Shown here piece by piece: positions 61,285 to 64,000 of a stretch of 64,000 nt of DNA. A model generated the notes under the pieces. The model made no database searches and was not told the DNA's origin. It saw nothing but the letters and a program-made list of their open reading frames with translations. The first letter of the stretch is position 1. Each line of letters opens with the position of its first letter. Location: the NCBI GenBank assembly GCA_018971485.1, contig JAGXAQ010000001.1, forward strand, positions 67,371 to 131,370, read 5' to 3'. Made by a program: the position numbers and the translations under genes. This stretch comes from Pseudomonadota bacterium. GTDB lineage: Bacteria; Pseudomonadota; Gammaproteobacteria; Burkholderiales; REEB80.

Positions 61285-61695
61285 ATGAAACACGAAACCA
61301 TTTCTCATTCTGACTTTGAAACCTTATCTTCTTTCAGACAGGCCTTAAGGGAGTTTTTACACTTTAGCGAAGAAGCTGCCAAAAAGGTTGGGCTAACACC
61401 GCAACAGCACCAAGCCCTTCTAGCTATCAAAGGGAACAAAGAAGGAACCATCACAATCGGAGAACTGGCGAAGATGCTAAAGATTCAATCTCATAGCGCT
61501 GTTGGATTAGTCAACCGACTTGTTATGCATAATCTGGCCCAAAGGCAAGCCGCACCACGGGATAAACGGCAAGTACTTGTCGTTTTAACTGAGACAGGAG
61601 AAAGCATGCTAGAGAAACTGTCCGTAGCCCATCGGCAAGAATTACGTCGACTCAGACCTGTTCTTACCCATTTCCTGAATTTGCTTGGCTCATAA
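61285..61695 (+). CDS. MarR-family transcriptional regulator (second copy)
   Basis: The ORF track starts at TTG 61267; ATG 61285 gives MKHETISHSDFETLSSFRQALREFLHFSEEAAKKVGLTPQQHQALLAIKG. It shares the SDFExL..FR..LR N-terminal pattern with the other MarR. Confidence 0.75.
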   Translation: MKHETISHSDFETLSSFRQALREFLHFSEEAAKKVGLTPQQHQALLAIKGNKEGTITIGELAKMLKIQSHSAVGLVNRLVMHNLAQRQAAPRDKRQVLVVLTETGESMLEKLSVAHRQELRRLRPVLTHFLNLLGS

Positions 61696-61837
61696 GATTA
61701 CAAAGCCACCCAATGTAAACACTCGTTACTGCCAACCAAATTGATCTTTTTCTTCTTATCCCTTTTTCCATAATCACTGACTTATTCCAGACTCTACCAG
61801 AATAAAGTTCAGAATGAACCATATCCGGTGTTCCTAA

Positions 61838-61866
61838 CTAAAAAGGGGTGCATCACTGTACCCCCA
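61838..61866 (-). terminator. Intrinsic terminator oriented on the minus strand, with no gene assigned
   Basis: The minus strand reads GGGGUACA-GUGA-UGCACCCC followed by UUUUU. On the plus strand the hairpin is followed by CAAAACUUCAG, so it is not a plus-strand terminator. Confidence 0.5.
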
Positions 61867-61988
61867 AAACTTCAGTTTCATAGCTATAACTACCCAGTTA
61901 ACCCCGGGTTACTTCAAATCAGCAACGCCTTGATGGTTGTACTACAAATTTGGTAGCCAAGACAGCAGACAGATGAATGACAGGCCCA

Positions 61989-62017
61989 TTGTTTATAATC
62001 GTAATACGATATATAAT
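61989..62017 (+). promoter_or_regulatory. Candidate sigma70 promoter for the ClC gene
   Basis: TTGTTT-N17-TATAAT (perfect -10), about 150 nt upstream of the ClC ATG. Confidence 0.35.
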
Positions 62018-62167
62018 CTGTGGCCTTTTACTCCTTGCCTTGCGCCTTAAAGGGTGGGCATGTCTTTAGAAGACATGCCGTTGATTGATAAAGCAGAAAT
62101 GATGGCTGGGGCCAACCTGGAGCAAGACCAGACCATCATTGCGATGATAGATTTCCTATAGAAAGAC

Positions 62168-63928
62168 ATGATTGATATGAGCCAAAACACCAGACATCTT
62201 GTGTTTATCCCTGCACTTGCAGTCATAATGGGAATATTAGGTGCATGCACCGCTTTTGCACTAATGAGGCTGATTGCTATCATCAGCAACCTGGTCTTTT
62301 TTCAAAAACTTTCAACCGCCCTCCCTCTAACCCTAGTCCACAACAGTCTGGGTGCAGGTATCATCGTGGTGCCAATCATTGGAGCCATCCTCATAGGTAT
62401 CATGGCCCGCTATGGCTCAGACAAAATATGTGGTCACGGCATTCCAGAAGCCATGGAAGCAGTCTGGCAAAAAAAGAGTCGGATTTCACCAAAAGTAGCC
62501 ATTTTAAAACCTCTTTCTGCAGCGATTGCCATTGGAACAGGCGGACCATTTGGTGCTGAAGGACCAATCATACAAACGGGAAGCGCGCTTGGGTCAATAC
62601 TAGGCCAGTTTCTAAAAGTCAGTCCTAGTGAACGTAAAGTACTGCTGGCATGTGGGGCAGTAGCCGGCATGGCCGGGATATTTGGAACTCCATTAGCAGC
62701 TGTATTTTTTGCATTGGAGCTGCTTGTCTTTGAATTTAAGGCAACTACCATTATATCTTTGACTCTGGCTGCAGCAACATCGAATATATTAAGGGGGACA
62801 GTCATGGGGTTTTCTCCCATGTTTGTCATCGGCAAGATAGATTTTGGAAACATACATATTCTTCCTGCCTATGTCCTGCTTGGGATCATTTGCGGAATTA
62901 CTGCCGTATCATTCAATAGATCATTTTATTTCATCGAATCCCTTTTCGACAAAGTACCATGGAATCCGTTCGGACGCCTCATCTTAGGAGCAATTGGACT
63001 AGGAATTATTGGCTATCTATATCCAGTTGTTCTAGGCGTTGGATACCATAGCATTACTGACTTACTTAACATGCGACTTGCCATTCATGTCGTAATCATC
63101 CTTCTTATCATCAAATCAATTGCGCTACTCGTTTCGCTAGGATCAGGCACATCAGGAGGACTACTGGCCCCTATGTTTACTATGGGGGCGGCCTTAGGTA
63201 GCTTGCTTGCTCTTATGCTCGCTCACATATGGCCGGAATTTGCCGGTTATGAAGGGGCAATGGCTCTGGCAGGTATGGGCGCTTTGTTCGCAGCCTCATC
63301 ACGATCAACGTTCGCATTTATCCTTTTTTCGTTTGAAATTACGCAAAATTACAGTTCCATCCTTCCGCTCATGATTACCACCACTTTTGCTAGCATCATT
63401 GCATGGCTATTTTCAAAACACTCCATCATGACAGAACGGCTCGCGCAACGCGGACTAACACTTCATCATGTATATGAAGTCGACATATTCCGAAGAATCA
63501 CAGTCGGTGAAGCCATGACAAACCATATTAGCCTTATCAATCAGCATACTCCCATCGTTGAGCTTAAACACTGTCTTGAACCAGGAGAACCAGCCCAAGC
63601 TATTGTAAATGATGAAGGGAAACTGATAGGCATTCTCACACCAGCAAATATCGCCCAGGGATTACTTGACCCAGCTAGTGTCAATAAAACCTGTGGTGAA
63701 CTAGCCAAACAGGTTCCCATTACTCATCCAGATGAAATCATCCAAGATCTTCTTGAAAGAACACATAAGAAAAATATTGATGTCTACCCTGTCATGAGCA
63801 AAACCCACCCTCCAAAGCTGCTAGGGTGGATCAATCGTGAACGCATGCTCGAAGCAAAAATCCAATTTGAAAAAACCGAAAATGAAGTAGAGCCGGCCAT
63901 GTTATTTCGCTTTAATGAAAGACCATAA
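62168..63928 (+). CDS. ClC-family chloride channel / H+-Cl- antiporter with a C-terminal CBS pair
   Basis: 586 aa with selectivity-filter-like motifs GHGIPE, GAEGP (gating Glu present) and GIFGTPL. The C-terminal ~150 aa is CBS-like (VGEAMT...IVNDEGKLIGILT...VYPVM). Confidence 0.85.
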   Translation: MIDMSQNTRHLVFIPALAVIMGILGACTAFALMRLIAIISNLVFFQKLSTALPLTLVHNSLGAGIIVVPIIGAILIGIMARYGSDKICGHGIPEAMEAVWQKKSRISPKVAILKPLSAAIAIGTGGPFGAEGPIIQTGSALGSILGQFLKVSPSERKVLLACGAVAGMAGIFGTPLAAVFFALELLVFEFKATTIISLTLAAATSNILRGTVMGFSPMFVIGKIDFGNIHILPAYVLLGIICGITAVSFNRSFYFIESLFDKVPWNPFGRLILGAIGLGIIGYLYPVVLGVGYHSITDLLNMRLAIHVVIILLIIKSIALLVSLGSGTSGGLLAPMFTMGAALGSLLALMLAHIWPEFAGYEGAMALAGMGALFAASSRSTFAFILFSFEITQNYSSILPLMITTTFASIIAWLFSKHSIMTERLAQRGLTLHHVYEVDIFRRITVGEAMTNHISLINQHTPIVELKHCLEPGEPAQAIVNDEGKLIGILTPANIAQGLLDPASVNKTCGELAKQVPITHPDEIIQDLLERTHKKNIDVYPVMSKTHPPKLLGWINRERMLEAKIQFEKTENEVEPAMLFRFNERP

Positions 63929-64000
63929 CCAATATGCCTACCTACCCTATAGATGAAAAAGGAAAACTCTCCCGTTTGGTTTAAAATATCACAGTTAGTA

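Noticed and set aside
62024-62167. Fluoride (crcB-motif) riboswitch upstream of the ClC gene.
   Set aside because: The leader lacks the GGnGAUG...CnCC / AAC.GCC / GAUGAU..CUAC arrangement. The channel itself is a canonical CBS-containing ClC with GxEGP and GxFxP motifs, not the short ClC-F type.
62047-62289. 80-aa minus-strand ORF that ends near the orphan terminator region.
   Set aside because: It is antisense to the ClC start and N-terminal TM region and is hydrophobic by mirror effect. It lies about 180 nt from the terminator, and I saw no SD.

Overview
This 64-kb chromosomal window is almost entirely core, housekeeping DNA. Gene content and synteny fit a moderately low-GC betaproteobacterium, possibly Nitrosomonadales-like, but that is a taxonomic guess from memory of synteny and is not verified. 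Content from left to right is as follows. (1) 1-9.9 kb holds a 13-gene minus-strand MSHA-type type IV pilus cluster. Its secretin gene is cut by the left edge and is missing from the ORF track. (2) The next block is trmL / gpsA-secB-grxC-rhodanese, envC-ctpA, moeB, slmA, a small orphan ORF, a HAD nucleotidase, argB, hsp20, hslVU, xerC-DUF484-dapF and an LpxL-family acyltransferase. (3) The activated-methyl-cycle genes metK-ahcY-metF come next, followed by a DUF185 methyltransferase, cca, slt, ilvA, rpiA, an unlinked phoU, yggX, argA, rsmE and a thioredoxin-like gene. (4) tkt-pgk-pyk-fba-purC follows. (5) zapA, a coiled-coil gene and a 6S RNA come next, then a cobalamin riboswitch with btuB. 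(6) The LPS block is ugd / msbA / GT9 heptosyltransferase / waaA, followed by pcm. (7) A TPP riboswitch with thiC follows. (8) The right-hand ~6 kb looks less conserved. It contains MarR, a 5-formyl-THF cyclo-ligase family gene, a helical protein of unknown family, a divergent PLP enzyme, a second paralogous MarR, and a ClC channel behind a 470-bp ORF-free leader. I saw no rRNA, tRNA, CRISPR, IS/transposase, phage or defence-island content. I did not find a convincing novel multi-gene system. The best follow-up candidates are the MarR / 5-FCL / PLP block with its centred perfect palindrome, the structured ClC leader with an orphan antisense terminator, and a perfect SD / 2-codon mini-ORF (or anti-SD) next to the B12 riboswitch. 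All of these are modest. Many ORF-track starts are over-extended, and I give refined starts where an SD plus homologous N-termini support them. Coordinates of non-ORF elements come from manual indexing and may be off by 1-2 nt.
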